Source: Chiloscyllium plagiosum (taxonomy: Eukaryota). From it: DNA of 64,000 nucleotides. Positions 1 through 10,266 of the stretch are shown here, in pieces. Under the pieces are notes generated by a model that worked only from the letters and a program-made list of their open reading frames with translations, was not told the DNA's origin and searched no databases. The position numbers and the translations under genes were made by a program. The stretch spans positions 69,007,619-69,071,618 of the forward strand of contig NC_057711.1 in assembly GCF_004010195.1 (NCBI RefSeq), in the 5' to 3' direction. Every line of letters starts with the position of its first letter. Positions within the stretch are counted from its first letter, which is position 1.

Positions 1-122
1 CGGGCATTGGATAGGCATATGGAGGATAGTGGGCTAGTGTAGGTTAGGTGGGCTTGGATCGGCGCAACATCGAGGGCCGAAGGGCCTGTACTGCGCTGTA
101 TTCTTCTATGTTCTATGTTCTA
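1..122 (+). mobile_element. 3' terminus of a CR1-type LINE with (TTCTATG)n tail
   Basis: GGGCCGAAGGGCCTGTACTGCGCTGTA followed by TTCTATGTTCTATGTTCTA; the same terminus recurs at ~51525-51560. Confidence 0.8.
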
Positions 123-795
123 AGGTGAACTTGCAGGTTGAGTCCGTAGTTAGGAAGGCAAATTCAATCCTGGCATTTATTTTGAGGGGACTTGAATATA
201 AAAGCGGGGATGTATTTCTGAGGCTGTAAGAGACTCTGGTCAGACTACATTTGGAGTATTGTGTGAAGTTTTGGGCCACATAACTCAGGAAGGATGTACT
301 GGCCCTGAAGTGTTTTCAGAGGAGGTTTACACGAATGGTCCTGAGAATGAAAAGTTTAACGTATGAGGAATATTTGAGGGAACTGGGTTTAAACTTAATG
401 GTGTTTAGACAGATGAGGGGAGATCTCATTGAAACATACAGAATACTGAATGGCCTGGATACAGTAAATCTTGAGAAGATGTTTCCATTGGTAGGAGAGA
501 CTCTGACCTGAAGGTATAGCCTTAGAGTAAAGGGAAAATTTTTTAGAATGGAGATAAGGAGAAACTTCTTCAGCCAGAGAGTGGTGAATCTATAGAATTC
601 ACTGCCACAGAAGACTGTGGAGGCCAGGCCATTGAGTGTGTTTAAGACAGAGATAGACAGGTTTTTGAGAATCAAAGGTTTAGGGGAGAAAGTGGAAGAA
701 TTGAATTGAGAAACATCAACCCTGATTGAATGACAGAGAAGACTTGATGGGCTGATTGATCTAATTTCTGCTGCTATGTATTATGGTCTTATGGA
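123..795 (+). mobile_element. CR1 LINE 3' fragment (ORF2 C-terminus and 3'UTR), degenerate
   Basis: Translates as ...VRKANSILAFILRGLEYKS...HLEYCVKFW...QRRFTRM...RGDLIETYRIL...RRNFFSQRVVNL*NSLP with stops, the typical CR1 ORF2 tail; ends TTATGGTCTTATGG. Confidence 0.85.
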
Positions 796-1691
796 ATGAT
801 GTTCAATGTCACCCAGGTCGCAATCTCCTCCTCCCACCATTCTTTTCCCAGTTTCACTATTGAGGTCATGATCAGGTTTCCTGTTTTTGCAACTAAGTGG
901 ATGATCTCACATTTATCCTCATGATATATTAGTGGATGATTGTAAAATCAAGTCTTGATTGACAGTTCAATTAATTTATTAGAAGGTCTGTGAGGGCTTA
1001 TGAATACAAGCTTGGTTTTAGACGTATTCAAGTATAGGTCATTTCTCTTGAATGGGCAAGTAAAGAGATCAAGAGTGGCTCGTAAATCCATTTTAGAGTG
1101 AACAGCATGACTGTAGTCATCCACATCACTGTAGGTTATGAGTGCTGTCTTGCATACTTACTTTCTTTTGTCTTTATTGAAGGGCACTTCCTGGTGAACG
1201 AACAAATTAGAGAAACATCTGTTCACTGAGAGTTCAAAGGTATTTGCAGTATTCACAACTGCTGACTCAGAAAACTTGACACCTTTGTGTATGGTAATGG
1301 CCCTGAAGCAGTTCATGTTGATGTTGCATTCAGTTCCACCCATAATGATGAGTTTGCAGTCTTTGTGGGGAGACAGTTGAGATTTACTTGAGTTCCTGCC
1401 AGGAACAGATATGTTCTGCGCAGCTCCTGATAGTTCCAAGTAATAATACCTTGCAACTTAATGTAAGCTGTACCTATCGTTATCATGCAATAAACTAGAT
1501 AAAGTGTCATTACCACGCCCCTTTATTGCAGAGAGACTGCATTCTCCAGATTAAATAGGGGGGATCTGAAACAAAAACTAGGATCTACATTGAACAAAAA
1601 CAGAAAGTGGTACAAAAACTCAGCATGTCTAGCAGCAACAAAAATGTAAATTGCTTTAAAAGCTCAGCAAGTCTGGCAGCATCTTTTTTTA

Positions 1692-1977
1692 TAGATTAGA
1701 TTACTTACAGTATAGAAACAGGCCCTTCGGCCCAACAAGTCCACACCGACCCTCCGAAGAGCAACCCACCCAGACCCATTCCTCTACATTTACCTCTTCA
1801 CCTAACATATGGGCAATTTAGCATGGCCAATTCACCTCCGGAAACCGGAGCACCCGGAGGAAACCCACGCAGACACAGGGAGAATGTGCAAACTCCACAT
1901 GACAGTTGCCTGAGGCGGGAATTGAACCCGGGTCTCTAGAGCTGTGAGGCAGCAGTGCTAACCACTGTGCCACCGTG
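1692..1977 (-). mobile_element. HE1/V-SINE-type tRNA-derived SINE
   Basis: Minus strand starts CACGGTGGCACAGTGGTTAGCACTGCTGCCTCACAGC (A box) then GGTTCAATTCC (B box). Central GTGGAGTTTGCACATTCTCCC...GCGTGGGTTTCCTCCGGGTGCTCCGG, a CR1-like 3' end and a (TAATC)n tail. Confidence 0.9.
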
Positions 1978-2194
1978 AACCTGAGTTAACGTGACCCTTT
2001 TCTCAGAATACGAATGCTGCCAAACCTGCTGAGTTTCTCCAGCGCTTCGTTTTTGTCTCCGCGCACCAACATCTGCAATTTTGTTTCATTCTAGTATCTA
2101 CCTTGCCAACTGCATGAGCATTTAGACAAAACTCGTGTAAAAGCAAATGTGTTGGGCTGTTTCTGGATGACTGAAAAGTGTTCTTCGTGCCAGG

Positions 2195-2340
2195 TTCTGT
2201 TTTCTCAACTCTCAAATGACCGTTGTCGAGAGAAGGACAAAGAAAGTACTACAAAGACACTCTGAAAGTTGACATTAATGAATGGGAGGAGCTTTCCACC
2301 AGCCATTCAAAATGGCAACAAACTGGCACCCCGTTCCTTA
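2195..2340 (+). mobile_element. RTE-clade LINE 3' fragment, degenerate
   Basis: CTGTTTTCTCAACTC...GGACAAAGAAAGTACTACAAAGACACTCTGAAA resembles LFSQL...GQRKxYKDTLK at the RTE ORF C-terminus. Confidence 0.5.
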
Positions 2341-2868
2341 AGAAAGAGAACGACAGACCGGCCAACCTTAATGTCAGCAGTAGGTAAAATGCTAGAATCT
2401 ATCATAAAAGACACTTGCATTAAGTTAGTAAGAATTTGTGAATTAAAAAAAAGTTTGACAAACCTGTTGCATGTTTTTGAGTACACATGGCTTTTGATAA
2501 GGTCCCCCAAAGAATGTTGGTTAGCAAAATTAGGAGTAGTCTGCTGGCACAAATTAATAATAAGCTAACTGGCAGAAACCAGTAGGAATAAATGGGTCTC
2601 TCTCATGTTGGTAGGCTGTGAATAGTAGGGTAGACAAAGATCAGTACTTGGGCTCCAGTGGACCACAATATACTGTATATATCAATGATTTTGATGTGGA
2701 AATCAAATGTAATATTTCCAATTTGATTCCAAAGGTGATGCAAAATGGAATTGTGTGTTGTGAGGAAAATGCAGAATGTTTTCAGGCAAGAACATGGCAG
2801 ATGGAATATAAGGTGGAAGAATGTTTGCTCATCTGCCTTGGTCGGAAGGACTGATGTGCAGATATTTC
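2340..2868 (+). mobile_element. Degraded CR1 RT fragment; resumes at ~3531-3765 after the Penelope insertion
   Basis: Remnants VGKMLESIIKD, LTNLL, GPQ..VYINDFD, TWQMEY in ORFs 2269..2568 and 2618..2854. Confidence 0.7.
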
Positions 2869-3530
2869 TTTGGGTTGCGGCATGTCCTCGTTCCGTTGTC
2901 AACAGAACCCAAAGGACTAGCCACACTACCATACATCAGGAGCATTTCAGAACTGACAGCCAGACTACTGCGACCACTAGGACTTATAACAGCACACAAA
3001 CCAACAGCCACCCTTAGACAACAACTCACCAGAACGAAGGACCCGATACCCAGCATGAGCAAAACTAATGTAGTGTACAAAATCCCATGCAAGGACTGTA
3101 CAAAACACTATATAGGACAAACAGGAAGACAGCTAACGATCCGCATCCATGAACATCAACTAGCCACGAAACGCCACGACCAGCTATCCTTAGTAGCCAC
3201 ACACGCAGACGACAAGCAACATGAATTCGACTGGGACAACGCTACCATTATAGGGCAAGCGAAACAAAAACAGCCAAGGAATTCCTAGAAGCATGGCACT
3301 CATCCACAAACTCCATCAACAAACACATCGACCTGGACCCAATATACTGGCCACTACAGCGGACAGCTGAAACTGACAACCGGAAGCGGCAGGGACAGGC
3401 CACTATAAATGCCGGAGTAAACACCACAGAAGCGCTTCAAAGGCGGCTCCCAAGCACTGAGGATGTCACCTAGACAGGGGACGAAACGTTTGCAACAAAA
3501 ATTTCCAGCTCGGCGAACAGAACCACAACA
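2869..3530 (+). mobile_element. Penelope-like retroelement 3' fragment encoding a GIY-YIG endonuclease (frameshifted)
   Basis: ORF 2821..3288: LPYIRSISELTARLLRPLG...NVVYKIPCKDCTKHYIGQTGRQLTIRIHEH...HEFDWDN; continues after a frameshift as REFLEAWHS. CpG-rich relative to flanks; ends in a hammerhead-type motif. Confidence 0.9.
3454..3493 (+). ncRNA. Minimal type I hammerhead ribozyme motif at the Penelope-like element end
   Basis: GCA-CTGAGGA-T-GTCACCT-AGAC-AGGGGAC-GAAA-CG-TT-TGC: CUGAnGA and GAAA cores, stem II 6/7 paired, GCA/TGC stem I, palindromic ACGT in place of stem III. Confidence 0.7.
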
Positions 3531-5459
3531 GAAATGCTTTTACTCATCGTGGTGAACCTTTGAAATGCTGTATCCAAGGGAGTTTTGGCAATTCAGTCTT
3601 CGAGTATATTTAGCGGAGAAGTTGATAACCCTTTGTGGCAATGATAACCAAAAATTGCATGGGGATAGTATGGGTATAAGGGACTGAGATGTTCAATCAG
3701 CCATGAGCATATTAAATAGTGGAGTGGGTTGAATAGCCTCCTTTTGTTCCTGTATTCCTTTGTTCCATCAATCTGCATCATGCTTTGGTCAAAATACCTT
3801 GCTGGTGAGGAAAAGTGGCAGCGGAAAAGGTTGCAAGTCTTATACATCAGATCATGATTGCTTGAGATCTCTTCCTCAACTACCCAAATAACTGCAGGTT
3901 GAGAATCAGATCGACGTCAGAAACTTAACTCGAACAAGACAGGATTCTCAAATCGAGGGACAGTTGACAATAAATACAAATGTTTCTTTTTCTTATAAGG
4001 GATTAGATACTTGAAATTTTAATGTATTGAATGGGTTTATGTTTTTTTAATAGTGGAAACTCTAATTCGTCAAGGATTAATGGCATTGTATAATTTGATT
4101 ATTAATTGTTTTTTCTTTGTTAATACACATCCATTCTCCATGGCAGCTTAGAAGGAGCCAATAATTAGTGCTGTGGTTACTTTGAGAGTTGTATGCAAAA
4201 CTATGTCTCAATGCATCTCATCGGTAAACCCAATGCAAACTAGAGATCAGAGTTGGAGCTCCCCTGCCAGTCATTGTCATAGCATGTAGGGCAGTTTAAC
4301 CCCTGAAGAATGGGTAACAGGAGATCAGAAGGTTTTCTCCCTTGGTTAAGTTAATATTACTACCAGATCTGTGTATTGTGTTACCTTTATTGAGTTAGAT
4401 CTGCTTTCTGTGTGTGCATATTTGATGAGCCAAATTTTCAACTGGCCACTGAAAGTGGAGTTCAGAGTAATTTATGCTGACAAGTAATATTTTTGAATCC
4501 ATAATATATAAAATCTAATAATGTCTGAAGCAATGTATTCCACATGGAAACCTGTAACCTTGTTATTATGTATTTTACAGAGATTAATATGTATAAGATT
4601 TGAATTCTGATCATTAAAATGTGTCATTGTATAATTATGTTAATCCTTCCTCAGCTTGGTGAGCTTTAATAGAATTCTAATGGGAATTCTAAGTAGTGTC
4701 CATACATGTGATGTGGAAACATAATGCCGCAAGGCAAGTTTTATGGCAGCTTTTGTTCATTTTTAGCAATTTATTGTGACCTCTTCAGTTCCCGAAGGGC
4801 TGGACTGTGAAGTTAATGCAACACCAAATCTGTGTTTATTGGCCATCCATTTTTGTTTGTCCCTTTCATAAAGGAAATCTGACCTTGATCCAACCATGAC
4901 AAATTATTTTCAGTCATTATCAAAAGCAGATTTACCACGATTTGCCTGTGTACATATTATGTGTTCACTAATTGATGAACTGAGCTCATTAATATTGCAA
5001 ATGACTTGACGAGGAACTTTTGCAAAGGTCATATGGATTTGATGTAGGCCATTTGGCCCATTGAGTTTGCTCTGCCAGTCAATGACAACATAGCTGATCT
5101 GCTAATCTACAGCTCCACTTTCCTACCTTATCTGTATAACCAGTGATTTCCTTACTGATTAGAAAACTGTATATCACCATCTTGAACATATGCAACAACC
5201 CAGCCTCGATAGCCCTCTGATAAAGAATTATGGTAAAGCATCTATAGAGCGAGAAATAGTTTGATAGTTTTGAGTCCAGTGACCCTTCTTCAGAACTGAG
5301 AAGCCCTACTGTAAATGTTTCAATCATTCAATGACATCTAATTGGCCATAAATCGTATCCATATCATGCTTCTCAACAGTGTCCCTAAACCAATTCAGTA
5401 GACCTGTAATGTTTTTTTTTCCTTCGTGTAGAGCACTTTACGAATCCAACAGAACCAAC

Positions 5460-5730
5460 CTAGATTTTGGTATACTTTTGAATAATTGAGCAGATTGGAG
5501 TGGTTTTGGCCTTGTATTGAAGGTTTCTCGCATTGAACGGTTTTCCATCTGTTCTGTAGATCAATTCCATGTATATGGGCAATTTGTTGGTGGTAATGGG
5601 CAGTATTGCATAGAGGAACACTGAGAAGAGAGTTGGGGTGCAAAGCCGCAGTCTTGATAGATTCCAATTTTCACTGCGATAGTTTGTGGTGGTTCCATTG
5701 CTATGAATCCTGAGGGTGTGCATGACATTA
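5460..5730 (-). mobile_element. RTE-clade LINE RT fragment
   Basis: ORF 5460..5723 contains PTLFSVFLYAIL...ELIYRTDGKPFNARNLQYKAKT, typical of the RTE/BovB-like RT. Confidence 0.75.
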
Positions 5731-5853
5731 TGGAGGGTTGCATGACTTTGAAACCATTAGCTTCAAAATGTGGTGGAGGCAAGGTCAATTAATATCTTTA
5801 AGGCGAGGTAGGTAGATTCTTGTTCAATAACAGAATCAAAGGTCATTGGGGTA

Positions 5854-6073
5854 CAGTCAGTTCTTCTATGATGCAGTGGTTGCATTGTTGTGCAACCCCC
5901 GCATTATAGAAAAATTGCACTTTAGAAATAGTGCTTAAAGTGTTGGAGTTGTAATCTGGTTACAGCCCACACATCTTTTAAACATTCGTGCTTTAGAGAC
6001 AATATCCCCCATTCATCAATCGCGTTACAGCAAATTCGCATTGACAAAAGGTGTGTTATAACAGAACAACCTG
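5854..6073. mobile_element. Tc1/mariner (Tigger/pogo-like) MITE
   Basis: Starts TA|CAGTCAGTTCTTCTAT, ends ATAACAGAACAACCTG (imperfect TIR starting CAG); a second copy in opposite orientation at ~36840-37048. Confidence 0.6.
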
Positions 6074-6189
6074 TTAGTTGGAAATGTGGAATTCAAAAAT
6101 GCAAACCGATCAGGCATGATCTTACTTAGTGGCAGAACATGTTCAAGGGGCCAAAGCCTGCTTCTGCTTTTAACTTGTATGCAACAGCG

Positions 6190-6720
6190 AGAGAAGATGT
6201 GAACAATTTTCCATATCTTGGAAGCATCTCAATGAAATTTTGTTACTATCCCCAGTGCAACAATTCAGTGAGTATTTTTAGGGCTAGGATCTCCAATCTG
6301 AAGCTAGGTTTCATGGGTTACTAGGTATCAGTCATCTCCATGCCCCTTTATACTTCAGAGATGTGGACAGCAGGCACGTTAAAACTCTGAATAAGTGCCA
6401 GCAGCTGCATCTTTGCAAGATCCTCTAAATCTAGGGTAAAAGGCCATGACCAGTGTCCCCTATCAATTTGCCCAGTACTGAGGCACTGCTTACTGAAAAC
6501 TAGCTTCTCTGGATGGGAGATGTAGTTTGCATGAGCAATGCCAGACTCCCAAAGCAGCTGCTCTACTTGGAACTTGGCTGTGGCAAGAGACTCGCAGGCC
6601 AACACTGGAATGATTTAGGTATGTGCTCAAAGTGTCCCTGAAGATCCTGCCTTTTGACGAACCAAAATTGAAGAGGCTGATTCAGGATGGCATTGAATGT
6701 ATCCTTCATGGTCAAATCCA
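6190..6720 (+). mobile_element. RTE-clade LINE 3' fragment
   Basis: FPYLGSI...LYTSEMWT...LCKIL*I...W.G.V..M..ARLPKQLLY.EL..GKR pattern with frameshifts. Confidence 0.75.
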
Positions 6721-7566
6721 CATTTGAACACCTTGTCATCTCTCTCTATAACTTCTGTGAACTGAACTACTTTTATTTCTGGTTATCATCATCTTTAGGC
6801 CTGGCCCAAGATTTTTGGAAAGCGCTATCAGTAAGTTGCTTTGCAATCTGTGTTAAATAAACAGATAGTGCCTGATTCATTTGCCCACTGTCTTTGATGC
6901 CTTTAGTCTGAAGTACAAACATGTGAAATAATGACCAGCTTTATGATATTTGACATTTATGGTACTTAATTAATTTATGAGGAGCAAAAAGCAGTACATT
7001 AGTGAAATTACTGGAGTTAATGCATTTCTATTTTGAGTAAATTATCAGTATAATATCATATTGCAAGACTGTTTACTTGAAGAGAAGTTTTTCTTGTCTA
7101 AAACTTCAGTACATCTGTAAAATAATTATCTTTATGATGTATTACAATCAGTGTTTAAAATATGCAACTTTATAGATTTAAAAACAAACTGCATAAATGT
7201 ACAGATGTTTTCACAGCTGGAAAGTGTTGACTGAAGACTTGACAGATCCAAATAGATTATAATTTCAAATAAATAATGGTTCCAGGATTATTTCTTTATA
7301 CAGTAGAAAATATAAGGTCACTGAAAGCAAATATAATTGAGCTGTAAAGGATTATGTTCAAGGGAACTTTTTAGATTCCCATATACTGTAGCATTCCATT
7401 TGACTTTGTAATGGAATAATACTTCATTTGTAGTTTTTGGTTTGTATTTTTACTGTAATCAATTACTGTGCAGTACATGCAACACTTGAGTCATTTTCCT
7501 ACTTGTATTGCTGTATAAATTTCAAATGATGAGACAAAAAAAATAGGGTGGCACATTGCTAATGGT

Positions 7567-7699
7567 TAGAGACAAAAGAACTGCAGATGCTGGAATCCAA
7601 GGTAGACGGGCAGGAGGCTGGAAGAACGCAGCAAATCAGGCAGCATCAGGAGGTGCAGAAGTCGATGTTTCGTGTGTAACCCTTTATCAGGACCTTCTT
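7567..7699 (-). mobile_element. Penelope-terminus-derived mini-element (133 bp) with degenerate hammerhead motif
   Basis: Perfect 12-bp TSD ATTGCTAATGGT at 7555-7566 and 7700-7711; minus strand CTGATAA-AGGGTTACACAC-GAAACATC. Confidence 0.75.
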
Positions 7700-8062
7700 A
7701 TTGCTAATGGTAGCAGTTAAGGCAACCAGTCTGGCTCCAAGGTTTGGCAGCCCAAAGAGAAAGTAGCTCAGTAACCAATAGTGCCTATGCTGGGAGTCAG
7801 CATTGCTTAAGTTTCAGCTCCAGAGTGAGGACCCTCAAGTGACCATATGCCCTTGGAAACACCTGATTTCTTTGGAAAAGCTGGGACCTGACAGCTATGC
7901 CCTGGGCTTGGTGTGAGGGAGAAGCTGTGGAGAGTCAGTGATGCGTTAGTTGAGCAGGCTGGCCATTGCTGCCATTGGGTTTCATTGAGATGGGCTCTGT
8001 CCCACGTATCCCTCAAAATTTGGCACTGTTATCACATGATGCAGACCACCTCATCACTGGGT

Positions 8063-8243
8063 TCGAGACAAAAAAAAAGCTGCAGATGCTGGAATCCAAA
8101 GTAGACATGTAGGAGGCTGGAAGTACACAGGCAGCTTCAGGAGGTGGAGAAGTTGATGTTTCAGGACTGAGAAATGTTGACTTCTCCAGTTCCTGATGCT
8201 GCCTGGCTTGCTGTGTTCTTCCAGCCTCCTACCTGTCTGCCTT
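8063..8243. mobile_element. Penelope-terminus-derived hairpin mini-element (181 bp)
   Basis: 10-bp TSD ATCACTGGGT at 8053-8062 and 8244-8253; internal imperfect inverted repeat centred near 8165; same family as 7567-7699. Confidence 0.75.
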
Positions 8244-8282
8244 ATCACTGGGTGGTAACTGGCCCAAAATTGACCACTTCAG

Positions 8283-9173
8283 TTGTTCTCTTGGTCTCTT
8301 GAGAGGTGTGAAGATGTCCCTTATAGAGTCATAGAGATGTACAGCATGGAAACAGACCCTTCAGTCCAACTTGTCCCAATCTAGTCCCATCTGCCAGCAC
8401 CCGGCCCATGTCCCTCTAACCCCTTCCTATTCGTATATCCATCCAAATGCCTTTTAAATGTTGCAATTGTACCAGCCTCCACCACTTCCTCTGGCAGCTC
8501 ATTCCATACACGTACCACCCTCTGCATGAAAAAGTTGCCACTCAGGTCTGTTTTATATCTTTCCCCTCTCACCTTAAACTTATGCCCACTAGTTCTGGAC
8601 TCGCCCACCCAGGGAAAAGACTTTGTCTATTTATCCTATCCATGCCCTTCATAATTTTGTAAACCTCTATAAGGTCACCCCCTCAGCCTCCGACGCTCCA
8701 GGAAAACAGCCCCAGCCTTTTCAACCTTTCCCTATAGCTCAATTGTTCTCTTGGTCTCTTGAGAGGTGTGAAGATGTCCCTTATAGAGTCATAGAGATGT
8801 ACAACATGGAAACAGACCCTTCAGTCCAACTTGTCCATGCCAACCCAATCTAGTCCCATCTGCCAGCGCCCGGCCCATGTCCCTCTAACCCCTTCCTATT
8901 CATATACCCATCCAAATGCCTTTTAAATGTTGCAATTGTACCAGGCAGCTCATTCCATACACGTACCACCCTCTGCATGAAAAAGTTGCCACTCAGGTCT
9001 GTTTTATATTTTTCCCCTCTCACCTTAAACTTATGCCCACTGGTTCTGGACTCGCCCACCCAGGGAAAAGACTTTGTCTATTTATCCTATCCATGCCCTT
9101 CATAATTTTGTAAACCTCAGCCTCCGGCGCTCCAGGAAAACAGCCCCAGCCTTTTCAACCTTTCCCTATAGCT
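8283..9173. repeat. Tandem duplication (~460 and ~430 bp units) of a unique flank plus a minus-strand CR1 3' end; the CR1 continues to ~9298
   Basis: Units start TTGTTCTCTTGGTCTCTTGAGAGG at 8283 and 8743; near-identical ORFs 8381..8608 and 8850..9059 (RGERYKTDLSGNFFMQRVVRVWNELP). Confidence 0.95.
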
Positions 9174-9314
9174 GCAATCCTCCAACCCTGGCAACATCCT
9201 TGTAAATCTTTTCTGAACCCTTTCAAGTTTCACAACATCTTTCTGATATGAAGGAGACCAGAATTACACGCAATATTCCAACAGTGGGCAAACCAAGTTC
9301 TTTGTAAACCTTGG

Positions 9315-9492
9315 AGCTGGAGAATTGATGTTTCGGGCAAAAGCCCTTCATCAGGAAAGGCTGATTCCTGATAGAGGGCCTTTGCCTGAAACATCAATTT
9401 TCCTGCTCCTCAAATGCTGTCTGACCTGCTGTGCTTTTCCAGCACCGCACTCTCGACTTTGATCTCCAGATTCTGCAGTCCTCACTTTCGCC
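9315..9492. mobile_element. Penelope-terminus-derived mini-element with two opposed hammerhead motifs
   Basis: TSD TCTTTGTAAAC(C)TTGG at 9299-9314 and 9493-9507. Minus strand CTGATGA-A-GGGC-TTTT-GCCC-GAAA-CA-TC (9354 to 9327); plus strand CTGATAG-AGGGCCTTTGCCT-GAAACATC (9368-9395). Confidence 0.8.
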
Positions 9493-9829
9493 TCTTTGTA
9501 AACTTGGCCCAGCAATTTTCTAAGCTTCTAATCTGTCAACCATGGGCGTAGACAATACAACTCTTCATCTTAATATTTAGTGCTGGTTAGGCTTTAAGAC
9601 TGTGGCTCAGTGGAAAATAATTTAATTACAGTCTTGAGTGGCAAAATCGGTTTCTCTGCTTGACCGAAACATAAATGTTTGATGGGAAAAAAAATACTTC
9701 TCACTCCATTGATTTCTCACTGCCCCACCAATTACACTCTATTATGAATAGTAGTTTTCTGGGTAATGTTTCACCACAACCGCTTCAAGAAATGAAATAG
9801 AACAATACAGCACAGAACAGGCCCTTCGG

Positions 9830-10266
9830 CCCACGATGTTGTGCCGAACATTTGTCCTAGCTTAAGCACCTATCCATGTACCTATCCAATTGCCGCTTAA
9901 AGGTCACCAATGATTCTGACTCTACCACTCCCACTTGCGCATCTGCACATTCACCCATTCTCTCAATATTCAGATTAACACAGGAGGTTCTGGGACATTT
10001 AAACTTACCAAAAAATAGAGAAGAGTAATGTGAGGTGTTCAGGCTGGTATTGACACAGTAAGTGTGAGGGTTCGTCCCACGATGTTGTGCCGAACATTTG
10101 TCCTAGCTTAAGCACCTATCCATGTACCTATCCAATTGCCGCTTAAAGGTCACCAATGATTCTGACTCTGCCACTCCCACTTGCGCATCTGCACATTCAC
10201 CCATTCTCTCAATATTCAGATTAACACAGAAGGTTCTGGGACATTTAAACTTACCAAAAAATAGAG
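9830..10266. repeat. 191-bp direct duplication (9830-10020 and 10076-10266) with a 55-bp spacer
   Basis: Copies differ at two positions that I could see (CTCTACC/CTCTGCC, ACAGGA/ACAGAA); the unit includes part of a minus-strand CR1 3' end and its flank. Confidence 0.95.

Noticed and set aside
1313..1516. ORF with a hydrophobic N-terminus and GTQVNLNC...W, reminiscent of an Ig domain
   Set aside because: Terminates after 67 aa, with several stops before any second cysteine motif; resemblance too weak to call.
2821..3288. GIY-YIG ORF as a domesticated host gene or homing endonuclease
   Set aside because: Its N-terminus is borrowed from CR1 and inverted sequence, its C-terminus is frameshifted, and it ends in a Penelope terminus: a truncated transposon copy.
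8283..10266. Repeat-spacer-repeat layout suggestive of a CRISPR-like array
   Set aside because: Only two long units each, made of LINE sequence plus flank, in a vertebrate context with no cas genes.
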